Source: Candidatus Deferrimicrobiaceae bacterium
GTDB lineage: Bacteria > Desulfobacterota > Deferrimicrobia > Deferrimicrobiales > Deferrimicrobiaceae
Assembly (NCBI GenBank): GCA_963792415.1
Contig: CAWBVY010000006.1
Location: forward strand, 736,001-800,000
DNA: 64,000 bases
Direction of reading: 5' to 3'
Shown: in pieces, positions 1 to 8,213 of the stretch
How the letters are laid out: each line of letters opens with the position of its first letter
Position numbering within the stretch: position 1 is the stretch's first letter
Translations under genes and position numbers: made by a program
The notes under the pieces: generated by a model
The model's database searches: none
What the model was told of the DNA's origin: nothing
Seen by the model: only the letters and a program-made list of their open reading frames with translations

Positions 1-747
1 GAGATCCACCTGGCACGCGGAGAGATGGTCCAGGCGTACAACGAGCAGAAGAAACTCATGAAGCTTCGGGGAAAGGATGCTTCCCGCGCCGAGCAGGCGA
101 TGTTCCTCTCCCTCCGGTACGAGAAAGCCCTTGTCCGCCTCGCACAGGGGAAGGGGGACGACGCCGAGCGGCGGCTTCGGGACGTGATCAAGGACGACCC
201 GTCCTTCTGCGCGGCCCACATCGCCCTCTCCGAGCAGCTTCGGGCGCGGAGCCTCGACGATGCGACCGAGATCCTTCTGCAGGGGTTCCACGCGACGCGC
301 AATCCCGTCTTCCTCATCAAGCTCGAGGACCTCTGCGTGGAGACGGAGCGGCCGCAAGCGATGATCCGGATCTACTCCCGGCTGCAGCAGGGGTACCCGT
401 CCGACTACGACGTCAACCTCTTCATGGGAAAGTTCTTCCTTCGGCTCGAGATGATCGACGAGGGATTGGAACAGTTGTTGAAGGCCGAAACCCTGGACCC
501 GGAGCGCGAGTCGGTGAACATCCTGCTCGCGGAGGCGTTCCGGCGAAGGGGGCGGTATGAATCGGCGAGTCTCCACTACCAGCGGGCCTTCGGCTACAAG
601 CGGAGATACCTCATCCCCTTCCGGTGTTCCTCCTGCGGATCCTCCACCATCAAATGGACCGCACGGTGCCCCTCCTGCGGGATATGGAACGGGTACGCCA
701 TCGACCACGGAAACCGGGAGTACGCCGCCTCCGCAACCCCCCGCTGA
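1..747 (+). CDS. TPR-repeat protein with C-terminal rubredoxin-like Zn motif, LapB/YciM-like (5' truncated by window)
   Basis: Frame is open from base 1. Helical TPR-like segments are followed by FRCSSCG...WTARCPSCGIW, the typical LapB C-terminal metal-binding motif. Confidence 0.75.
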   Translation, partial: EIHLARGEMVQAYNEQKKLMKLRGKDASRAEQAMFLSLRYEKALVRLAQGKGDDAERRLRDVIKDDPSFCAAHIALSEQLRARSLDDATEILLQGFHATRNPVFLIKLEDLCVETERPQAMIRIYSRLQQGYPSDYDVNLFMGKFFLRLEMIDEGLEQLLKAETLDPERESVNILLAEAFRRRGRYESASLHYQRAFGYKRRYLIPFRCSSCGSSTIKWTARCPSCGIWNGYAIDHGNREYAASATPR

Positions 748-754
748 ATCTCCG

Positions 755-1510
755 TTGTGCGCCGCGCCATCCCGCGGCGCGCGGAATCGGCCGCGCTTCC
801 GGACCGCGCGATGGATCCGGGACTTCTCGGCGCTTCGGGAACTGCTCCCCTTCGGATCCCCCGACCTTTCCCCATCCGCCGTCGCCCGGTGGCCCGCGCA
901 CGACTTCGCTGTATGCCCCCGGTGCGGCGCATTCGAAGGTTCCGGACCCGGGGTGCCTCCGCCTCCCTGCGGCCTCTGCGCCGGCGCCCCTCCCCCGTTC
1001 GACGCCGCGCGCTCCCTCTTCGCCTACGCGGGGGACGTTCGCGCCGCGATCGTAGCGACGAAATACGCGGGCCGCCCCTACCCTGCCGACGCTGTGGCCC
1101 TGCGGATCCACGAGGCCCTCGTTGGGCGATGGAGGGACCTGATTCCGGACGGGGTCCCTCCTGCCGTGGTTCCGGTACCGGCCCACCCATGGAAATATTT
1201 CCGACGGGGGTTCAACCTCCCCGCGCTGATCGCTTCCCGTCTTTCGAGACGCAGCGGTCTTCCGTTCGACCCGCTGGCGCTTTCGAGAACCCGGGAGCGG
1301 TCTCCCCAGGCGCGCCTTCCCGGGATCCTCCGGCACGGGAATGTCGAGGGGGCTTTCCGCGTGCCGGGACGCCGCGAGGTTCCGTCGACAATCCTTCTGC
1401 TCGACGATGTGTACACCTCCGGCGCCACGGCGGAAGCGTGCGCCCGCGCCTTGAAAAGCGCCGGCGCGGACTCTATAGTGGTCGTGACGGTAGCGCGCAC
1501 CGTTTCCTGA
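755..1510 (+). CDS. comF: ComF family phosphoribosyltransferase-like protein
   Basis: CPRC..CGLC, RRGFN and ILLLDDVYTSGAT (PRT motif). Start uncertain; TTG at 755 chosen, just after the upstream stop. Confidence 0.85.
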   Translation: MCAAPSRGARNRPRFRTARWIRDFSALRELLPFGSPDLSPSAVARWPAHDFAVCPRCGAFEGSGPGVPPPPCGLCAGAPPPFDAARSLFAYAGDVRAAIVATKYAGRPYPADAVALRIHEALVGRWRDLIPDGVPPAVVPVPAHPWKYFRRGFNLPALIASRLSRRSGLPFDPLALSRTRERSPQARLPGILRHGNVEGAFRVPGRREVPSTILLLDDVYTSGATAEACARALKSAGADSIVVVTVARTVS

Positions 1511-1535
1511 TATTCATGCGCTGCACGGAGTCCCG

Positions 1536-2342
1536 ATGCCCGTCCCGCCGTTCCTCGCCGCCGCGCTGCAGTTCCGCATCGACGTTGCCGACGTCCCCTC
1601 GAACCGGGAGCGTGCGGTTCGCCTCATCGAGGAAGCCGCGAGGCGGGGCGCACGGCTTTGCGTGCTGCCGGAAATGTGGAGCACGGGCTTCGCGGAGGAG
1701 CGCCTTCTCCCGCTCTCCCGGACGACCCCGGAGGTCCTCCACGAACTTCGGTCGCTTGCCGCACGACTCAAGGTGATCGTCGCGGGATCCCTTCCGGAAC
1801 GGGTCGGGCGTGGAGTGTACAACACCCTCTACGTCGTCAACAGTACGGGCGTCGTCACCGGAGAGTACCGGAAGGCGCACCTGTTCTCCCCCTCGGGGGA
1901 GGACCGCTGGTTCCGAAGGGGTGTTTCCTCGGCCGTCGTTCCCACCGACGCCGGAACCGTGGGCCCCCTCATCTGCTACGACCTCCGGTTCCCGGAACTT
2001 TCCCGGAAATACTTCCTCGACGGTGCGGAAGTACTGTGCGTGTCGTCCCAGTGGCCTTCCGTCCGGCGCGCCCATTGGCGGATTCTCACGGTCGCCCGGG
2101 CGGTCGAAAGCCAGGCGTACGTCGTCGCGGCGAACGCCGTCGGACCGTCGGGCCCGTTCCAATACTCGGGCGACTCGGTGATCGTCTCCCCCGACGGCGA
2201 GCGCCTCGCCTCGGTCGGGGAGGAGGAAGGAATGGCCCTGGCGGCGATCGACCCGGCCGTCGTCCTGGAAAACCGAAGGAGGATCCCATGTCTGGCAGAC
2301 CGGAACACCCGGGCATACCGGAAGACCCATCGGCCCGCGTGA
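1536..2342 (+). CDS. Carbon-nitrogen hydrolase (nitrilase/omega-amidase family)
   Basis: Catalytic E-K-C motifs: LPEMW, YRKAHLF, ICYDLRFPE. Confidence 0.92.
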   Translation: MPVPPFLAAALQFRIDVADVPSNRERAVRLIEEAARRGARLCVLPEMWSTGFAEERLLPLSRTTPEVLHELRSLAARLKVIVAGSLPERVGRGVYNTLYVVNSTGVVTGEYRKAHLFSPSGEDRWFRRGVSSAVVPTDAGTVGPLICYDLRFPELSRKYFLDGAEVLCVSSQWPSVRRAHWRILTVARAVESQAYVVAANAVGPSGPFQYSGDSVIVSPDGERLASVGEEEGMALAAIDPAVVLENRRRIPCLADRNTRAYRKTHRPA

Positions 2343-2863
2343 TCCCCCGCCGGGGCGTGCGGGCCCTCTGCGCGCGCCTCCGGGACGAGGGGAAGCGGAT
2401 CGTCTTTACCAACGGCTGCTTCGACCTCCTGCACGCCGGGCACGCGCAATATCTTCGGCGCGCGGCGGCGCTGGGCGACGTTCTCCTGGTGGGATTGAAC
2501 AGCGACGCCTCCGTCCGCCGACTGAAGGGGGAGGGGCGACCGGTGCAGAGGGCCGCGGACCGGGCGTATCTTCTCGCCTCGCTTTCCTGCGTTTCCTACG
2601 TGACGATTTTCCCGGAGGACACCCCGGCACGGTTGATCGGGGAGGTGGTCCCGCACGTCCTCGTCAAGGGGGGCGACTGGAAGGGAAAGGAGATCGTGGG
2701 ATCGGACGTGGTCCGCGCGCACGGCGGCGCCGTGAAGACGATCCGGTTCCTCCCCGGCCGCTCGACGACCTCGATCCTGGCGAGGGCGGCGGTTCTCAGG
2801 CGGAAGGGCCGCGGATCTTCCGGAGGGCGGACAGGAACGTCGCGATCTCCGCGCGCGTCGTGA
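2339..2863 (+). CDS. rfaE2: D-glycero-beta-D-manno-heptose 1-phosphate adenylyltransferase
   Basis: VFTNGCFDLLHAGH, GLNSDASV, LVKGGDW and STT motifs. GTGA start/stop overlap with the upstream gene. Confidence 0.92.
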   Translation: MIPRRGVRALCARLRDEGKRIVFTNGCFDLLHAGHAQYLRRAAALGDVLLVGLNSDASVRRLKGEGRPVQRAADRAYLLASLSCVSYVTIFPEDTPARLIGEVVPHVLVKGGDWKGKEIVGSDVVRAHGGAVKTIRFLPGRSTTSILARAAVLRRKGRGSSGGRTGTSRSPRAS

Positions 2864-3956
2864 AGGGGCCCGGGCTCACGCGCACGGTCCCGACGGGGAA
2901 GGTTCCGATCGCGCGGTGACCGTTCGGGGAGCAGTGCAATCCCGCCCGCACCAGCACGCGACTCCGCTTCTCAAGACGCACCCCGGCTTCCGCCGGGTCC
3001 ATCCCCTCCACCCGGAACGACAACGCCGACCCACGGTGCGCCGGATCCGCAGGACCGTAGACCGTTACCCCGGGGATTCGCGACAACCCATGCAGCAGCT
3101 GGTCGACAAGGGCGACCTCCGCGCGGCGGATCGTCCCGACCCCCTTCCGCAGGAGCCACGCGAGAGAGACGGAAAGCCCGGCCACTCCCACGCTGTTCAA
3201 CGTCCCGGACTCGAGGGCATCAGGGAAGAATTCCGGCTGGCGGTCGGACTCGGAGCGGCTCCCCGTCCCCCCCTCGATCAGCGGGACGACCGGAACCCCT
3301 TCCCGGACGAAGAGAAACCCGGTCCCCTGCGGCCCGAGAAGCCCCTTGTGGCCGGAGGCGGCCAGCAGGTCCACCGGCAGGGTGGAAAGGTCGATCGGCA
3401 TGGCCCCCGCCGTCTGGGCGGCGTCGATCAGCGTCAGGATCCCGCGCTTTCGCGCTGCCGCGACGACGGCGTCCACCGGTTGCAGCGCCCCCGACACGTT
3501 CGAGGCGTGCACCATGACGACCAGGCGCGTCTCCTTCCGGAACGCGGCGATCACGTCCCTCGCCTCCGTACCCCCGTCTTTTCCCGCAGGAACGACCGTG
3601 ACGCGAACACCGGCCTCTTGCATCCGGCGCAGTGGCCGCATCACCGAGTTGTGCTCCACGGATGTGGTCACCACGTGGTCGCCCGGACGGAGCACCCCCT
3701 TGATCGCCTGGTTCAGCGCGACGGTGGCGTTTTCCGAAAAAACGAAGCGGGAGCTGTCGGCGCACCCGAACAGCTCGGCGAGACGCTCCCGCGCGACGAA
3801 CAGGTCACGGGCGGAGCGGATGGAGAGGGCGTGCCCGGAGCGACCGGGGTTCCCGGCCCGCAGGATGGCTTCGCCCACCGCCTTCGCCACACCGGGGGGC
3901 TTGGGCAGGGAGGTCGCCGCGTTGTCGAGGTATATATACGGAACGGAACGGGGCAG
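2796..3956 (-). CDS. Class V PLP-dependent aminotransferase / cysteine desulfurase family
   Basis: IYLDNAATS, EHNSV, DAAQT, SGHKGLLGPQGTG and RAGLHC motifs. The N-terminal motif lies upstream of the ORF-track start; start placed tentatively at CTG 3956. Confidence 0.88.
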   Translation of the reverse strand: MPRSVPYIYLDNAATSLPKPPGVAKAVGEAILRAGNPGRSGHALSIRSARDLFVARERLAELFGCADSSRFVFSENATVALNQAIKGVLRPGDHVVTTSVEHNSVMRPLRRMQEAGVRVTVVPAGKDGGTEARDVIAAFRKETRLVVMVHASNVSGALQPVDAVVAAARKRGILTLIDAAQTAGAMPIDLSTLPVDLLAASGHKGLLGPQGTGFLFVREGVPVVPLIEGGTGSRSESDRQPEFFPDALESGTLNSVGVAGLSVSLAWLLRKGVGTIRRAEVALVDQLLHGLSRIPGVTVYGPADPAHRGSALSFRVEGMDPAEAGVRLEKRSRVLVRAGLHCSPNGHRAIGTFPVGTVRVSPGPFTTRAEIATFLSALRKIRGPSA

Positions 3957-3957
3957 G

Positions 3958-5913
3958 TCAGGACTCCAGCGGGATGACGAGAACGAGGCCCGGATGGATC
4001 CGTTGGCTTTTCTTCAGCCGGTTCCGATCCGCGAGACTGTCGACCGTGACGCCGTAAACGCCCGCGATCTGGGTAAGGGTGTCCCCCTTGTTCACCTTGT
4101 AGCGCGTGGTCCGCTTCCGGACGCCCCGCGCCGCACCGTCGGAGGTAGACGAGTCCGCCGCCGATGCCTTCGGGACCGCCGTTTGCGCCGTGTGCGATCC
4201 CCCTGCTCCTGCTGTCCCGGGAAGGACGAGGTGCGTGCCGACCTTCAGTATCGACGTCGGCTTCAGTCCGTTCGCGCTCGCGAGATCCTTCATCCGGACC
4301 CCGTTCCTCTTCGCGATGCGCCCCAGCGTGTCCCCCTTCCGGACGATTACGGCATCCCCGGGATCGGGACGCCGCGCTCGCTTGACGCGCGACCTTCGGC
4401 CTCTATCATCCACCCGCATGTGCGCCATCGTGAGGTGGTCCGGCGAAATCTCGGTCCCGGGAACCGTTTCCATCTCCATCAACCCGGTCACGGGGATGAC
4501 GAGGCGGGCGGTGCGCCTGAGGGAATCCCGCTTCAGTCCGTTCAACTCCTTGAGGACCGGGACGGTGGTCTTGTACCGGTCGGCCAACGCCTGCAGCGTT
4601 TCCCCCCTGCGAACGTTGTGCTGGAGAAAGGTGATCTTCGTCTGGGTTCGGAGCTCCTCCATCCGCTCCTCGGCGACCCGCGCCGCGTCGACGGAGAGCC
4701 GAAGATCGTAATGCTCACGGTTCGGCGGTGTGCAGAACCGCCGAAGTTCCGGGTTCCAGTCGCGGACCGCCTCCACCGGGACCTCGAGAAGATTGGCCAC
4801 CGCCGCCAGGTCGGTCCCTCCCGGCACCGTCACGGTGCGCAGATCCAGCGGCGCCTCGTAGGCGACATCGCCGAATCCGTATTTGTCGGGATCCTTGGCG
4901 ATGGTCAGTGCCGCCAGCATCTTGGGGACGTAATCCTTCGTCTCCTGCTTCAAATAGCGGTGCCGGATGAGCTCGGAAAAATCATCGGACTTGTACCGGG
5001 CAACCGCCTTCTGGATCTTCCCCTCGCCGGCATTGTACGCGGCGGTCGCAAGCGGCCACGACTCGAACATCCCGTAGAGATCGCGAAGGTAGGAAGCGGC
5101 GGCGTGCGTCGACTTCTCGGGGTCCCTCCGCTCGTCGGCCCACCAGTCGATGCGGAGACCGTACCTGCGCCCGGTTCCCGAGATGAACTGCCAGGGACCC
5201 GCCGCCCTCGCGACGGAGTACGCCTTGGGGGAGAACCCGCTTTCGATCAGCGCGACATAGACGAGGTCCTCGGGGAGCCCGTACCGGACGAGGATCTTCT
5301 GCATCATGCCGGCGTATTTCCCTGAGCGGGACAGGTACAGTTCGAACTTCTCGCGTCCCCGGGTCTGGAAGTAGTGGATGAACTTATCGATCGGCCGGGT
5401 GATCCCGGAGAAGGCCCCCTCCTCCCCTTTCTCAAGCTCCATCGACGCGGTGGAGAAGAACTCTTCCCCCATCCCCTCCACCTCTTCCGGAACGTCCTCG
5501 AGGTTCTTCGTCACCTGGAGGTCGACCTCGCGGGGGGAGAGGACCCGATCGGGAACTTTATCGGAAGGGGGCGCGACGAAAGAGGCCGCGGGGATGGGCG
5601 GGAGGCGGTACGGGACGGCAACGCGGACGGGGACCGCCCGGGCAGCTGGAATCCGCGCGGGAACCGGGGGAACCCAGGGCTCGGGAGCGACCGAAACGGC
5701 CACCGGGGCGCCCTGCGCGGACACCGAAAGGGGAACGGCCGTGGAGGCAGGCACGGTGCCCGGAGAACCTCCGCCCCTCGCGCCATCGGAAGGAGCCCCT
5801 GTTCCCGCCGCCGGCGGAATCGTTTCCGCAGTCTCCCCAAAAGACGGGATCGACGCGAACAGGAGAAGGAATCCCGCCGCCACGAAAACGCTCCTCACGA
5901 CCCAGCCCCTCAA
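3958..5913 (-). CDS. mltD: MltD-like lytic murein transglycosylase with three LysM domains
   Basis: SLT motifs IESGF, AAGPWQF, AAYNAGEG, ETKDYVPK; LysM repeats (VRRGETL, VRKGDTL, VNKGDTL). TTG start preceded by GGGAGG. Confidence 0.88.
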   Translation of the reverse strand: MRGWVVRSVFVAAGFLLLFASIPSFGETAETIPPAAGTGAPSDGARGGGSPGTVPASTAVPLSVSAQGAPVAVSVAPEPWVPPVPARIPAARAVPVRVAVPYRLPPIPAASFVAPPSDKVPDRVLSPREVDLQVTKNLEDVPEEVEGMGEEFFSTASMELEKGEEGAFSGITRPIDKFIHYFQTRGREKFELYLSRSGKYAGMMQKILVRYGLPEDLVYVALIESGFSPKAYSVARAAGPWQFISGTGRRYGLRIDWWADERRDPEKSTHAAASYLRDLYGMFESWPLATAAYNAGEGKIQKAVARYKSDDFSELIRHRYLKQETKDYVPKMLAALTIAKDPDKYGFGDVAYEAPLDLRTVTVPGGTDLAAVANLLEVPVEAVRDWNPELRRFCTPPNREHYDLRLSVDAARVAEERMEELRTQTKITFLQHNVRRGETLQALADRYKTTVPVLKELNGLKRDSLRRTARLVIPVTGLMEMETVPGTEISPDHLTMAHMRVDDRGRRSRVKRARRPDPGDAVIVRKGDTLGRIAKRNGVRMKDLASANGLKPTSILKVGTHLVLPGTAGAGGSHTAQTAVPKASAADSSTSDGAARGVRKRTTRYKVNKGDTLTQIAGVYGVTVDSLADRNRLKKSQRIHPGLVLVIPLES

Positions 5914-5944
5914 TAAAATCCTCCCCCAAACAATATAACTGCCT

Positions 5945-5973
5945 ATTCTGCTTGATGAATTCCTGCCTGTCAA
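5945..5973 (-). promoter_or_regulatory. Putative sigma70 promoter of mltD
   Basis: TTGACA-17 nt-CAGAAT on the minus strand. Confidence 0.55.
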
Positions 5974-6095
5974 GGCCTGTATCCGAGGCCTGACTCCGAA
6001 GAATCCGGCAATCGGCCCCGGGGCGCCGCGATCCTGCCGGCCCTGTCGCATCTTATCGGCCGAGCAGGGGGAAAAATTCACTGCCGCCGAGATCC

Positions 6096-6362
6096 TCAGA
6101 GGGATACGATGTCGTACTCCCCGCCTGCGCGGGGGAGGTGGGCGGACAGCGGGAGCAACCGCGCCCGTGAAAGGATGCCCCGGGCACGGTCGCGATGATC
6201 GACGGGGATCCGGATCGCAAGCCCGCAATCGGAAGTGAGGCGACGGGGAACCGGGATCAGGCGCAACGGCACGCCACCCCCCTTCAACCGCTTCTCGGCC
6301 GACAGGACCTGGTGGGTGCCCCGGAAGATGAGGATCAGGACCGGATCCGGCGCGCGGGTCAA
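6096..6362 (-). CDS. DUF3343 family small protein (putative S/Se carrier-like)
   Basis: LIFRGTHQVLSAEKRLK...LIPVPRRLTSDCGLAIRI matches the family pattern. TTG start after AGGGGG. Confidence 0.8.
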   Translation of the reverse strand: MTRAPDPVLILIFRGTHQVLSAEKRLKGGGVPLRLIPVPRRLTSDCGLAIRIPVDHRDRARGILSRARLLPLSAHLPRAGGEYDIVSL

Positions 6363-6436
6363 TGGCACCCCCTGGCTTCCGCAGATGATCGTGGCGCATC
6401 CCCCGCACACAGGCCGCAGAGGGATCTTCGCAGCGG

Positions 6437-6465
6437 AGTGTACGGCAGGAGAAAGTCCCTGTAAA
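6437..6465 (-). promoter_or_regulatory. Putative sigma70 promoter of the DUF3343 gene
   Basis: TTTACA-17 nt-TACACT on the minus strand. Confidence 0.5.
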
Positions 6466-6616
6466 GCGGGGGCGCTTTCAGGGACATCCCCGGCGGAAAC
6501 CCGGGATGCGGGGAAAATGTTTCCCCTGGCCACAGCACGCAAACCGCGTCGTCGGCCGGTCGATACGGGCACGCGCACCGTCGCTTCATTTCCCGGAACC
6601 CGGTTATAATCAAAGG

Positions 6617-6904
6617 ATGACCAGCCCGGCCTTCTCCCTCCTGGCACAGACGCCATGGACCCTGATGGCTATCATCGGGGGCGCCGCGCTCACCGTGAAC
6701 ATCCCCCTGGGGTACGCCCGGGAGGGGTTCCGGAAATTCTCGTTCGGCTGGTTCGTCTGCGTCCACCTCTCCGTCCCTCTCATCGCCTGGCTTCGGCTCT
6801 CAAACCACGTGAGCGCGTGGGGGATCCCCGCCTTCGTCGCGTGCGCCGTGCTGGGGCAGATCGCGGGGGGAAAGGTCCGCCGGATCGCTCGGGGGCGGCC
6901 GTGA
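6617..6904 (+). CDS. Small hypothetical membrane protein
   Basis: 95 aa with about 3 hydrophobic segments (NIPLGYAREGFRKFSFGWFVCVHLSVP). GTGA-coupled to the next gene. Confidence 0.7.
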   Translation: MTSPAFSLLAQTPWTLMAIIGGAALTVNIPLGYAREGFRKFSFGWFVCVHLSVPLIAWLRLSNHVSAWGIPAFVACAVLGQIAGGKVRRIARGRP

Positions 6905-7371
6905 GACGGAAAGACGCGGCGCCCCTGTCGTCGATCCTCGATGCGTTCCTCGAGTCGCTGCAGATCCCGCATGTCGCCTTCCTCGTATCGCTGCGGAAAA
7001 GGTGGCCGGAAATCGCCGGCCCGCTGGTCTCGCGGAATGCCAGCCCTCTGTCGCTGCGGAACGGCGTCCTCACGGTCGTCGTGCGGAACCATGCGTGGGC
7101 GCAGGAGCTGCGGATGAGCAAGATCCCGATGATCGGGAGGATCCGGGAGACGGTGGGAGAAAGGATCCCGGTGAGCGACCTCCGGTTCACCGTGGGCCCC
7201 ATCGCTTCGGTCGAAGAGGAGGAGGTGGCCGCGCCGGGCGAGGTGTCGCCGCACCCCCCCGGCCCCGATCCGGAAGGACTGTCCGCCGTCGCGGACCCGG
7301 AGACGCGCGAGAGCCTGCGCGCCCTCCACCGCCGTTCCCGCTCCCCAAAGGAAATTCCCTCGAAGTCGTAA
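6901..7371 (+). CDS. DUF721/DciA family helicase-loader-like protein
   Basis: WPEIAGPLVSRNASPLSLRNGVLTVVVRNHAWAQEL pattern. Confidence 0.8.
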   Translation: MRRKDAAPLSSILDAFLESLQIPHVAFLVSLRKRWPEIAGPLVSRNASPLSLRNGVLTVVVRNHAWAQELRMSKIPMIGRIRETVGERIPVSDLRFTVGPIASVEEEEVAAPGEVSPHPPGPDPEGLSAVADPETRESLRALHRRSRSPKEIPSKS

Positions 7372-7457
7372 CGCGGGTTCCTCGTGCCCTTTTGGAATTT
7401 CCCCGTCGGGGGTACCCACCGGCGCGACGCTCGTTGTGGGGAAGGAGTGGTGAAGCC

Positions 7458-8201
7458 CTACCCCGCGCGAAAGAGGCGGCAGATCCGCTCCACCTCCGGG
7501 CAATATTTCTCCTTCTCGCCATGCAGGAACAGCGGAGGCAGGAGACGGGGAATTCCGCTGCCGCCCCGGACCGCGCAGCAGAGTCCCCGGGACGGAGGCT
7601 CGCCGTCCCGGGGGTGCACCACCCGCAGGAACTCGACGCGCAACCCCTCCTTCGCGGCGCACGGTTCGATCTCGGAGAGGCGAGGATACGGCAAAATGAA
7701 GGCGAACCGGCCGGCCGCGGAAAGGAACCGGGACGCCGCCGCGAAGAGCTCCGGAAGCGCGCAGGTCACCTCGTGCCGCGCCGTCTCCTTCCCCGGATCC
7801 GGGTTTCGACGCCCGTGTCCCGCCCGGCCGTACGGAGGGTTCGACACGACCAGGTCGAACGAACCGGGTTCGACCCCGGGAATTGCCCCCCGAAAATCCC
7901 CGGGCACGGCGACCAGGCGCCCGTCCGGGCAATTGTCGCGGAAATTCCGGCGCGCGAAATCGAGCAGATCTTCCTGGAGATCGACGCCGGTGCCGGCAAG
8001 CATCGCGGGGGCGAGGCGGGACAGGAGCAGCAGCAGAACCCCGCACCCCGTCCCAAGGTCGAGGACGGCGCCGCGGCAGAGGGGGGCGGCGAACCCCGCG
8101 AGAACCACGGAGTCGATCGAGAAGCGGTACCCCCGCTCCGGCTGCCGGATGATCAACCGGGGGAAATCGGTACCGGACAGCCCGCCGGGGTCATCGTTCA
8201 T
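7458..8201 (-). CDS. tRNA1(Val) A37 N6-methyltransferase-like SAM-dependent methyltransferase
   Basis: QPERGYRFSIDSVVL, VLDLGTGCG, VVSNPPY and ARHE motifs. Confidence 0.85.
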   Translation of the reverse strand: MNDDPGGLSGTDFPRLIIRQPERGYRFSIDSVVLAGFAAPLCRGAVLDLGTGCGVLLLLLSRLAPAMLAGTGVDLQEDLLDFARRNFRDNCPDGRLVAVPGDFRGAIPGVEPGSFDLVVSNPPYGRAGHGRRNPDPGKETARHEVTCALPELFAAASRFLSAAGRFAFILPYPRLSEIEPCAAKEGLRVEFLRVVHPRDGEPPSRGLCCAVRGGSGIPRLLPPLFLHGEKEKYCPEVERICRLFRAG

Positions 8202-8213
8202 GAATCACGTTTC

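Noticed and set aside
6096-6362. Selenocysteine recoding in DUF3343 or the VKOR/DsbA CxxC motifs
   Set aside because: The relevant cysteines are ordinary TGY codons and no in-frame TGA interrupts these genes.
7345-7457. Imperfect inverted repeats between the convergent dciA-like and methyltransferase genes
   Set aside because: No clean stem with a T-tract and no similarity to the palindromic element family; compatible with chance at high GC.
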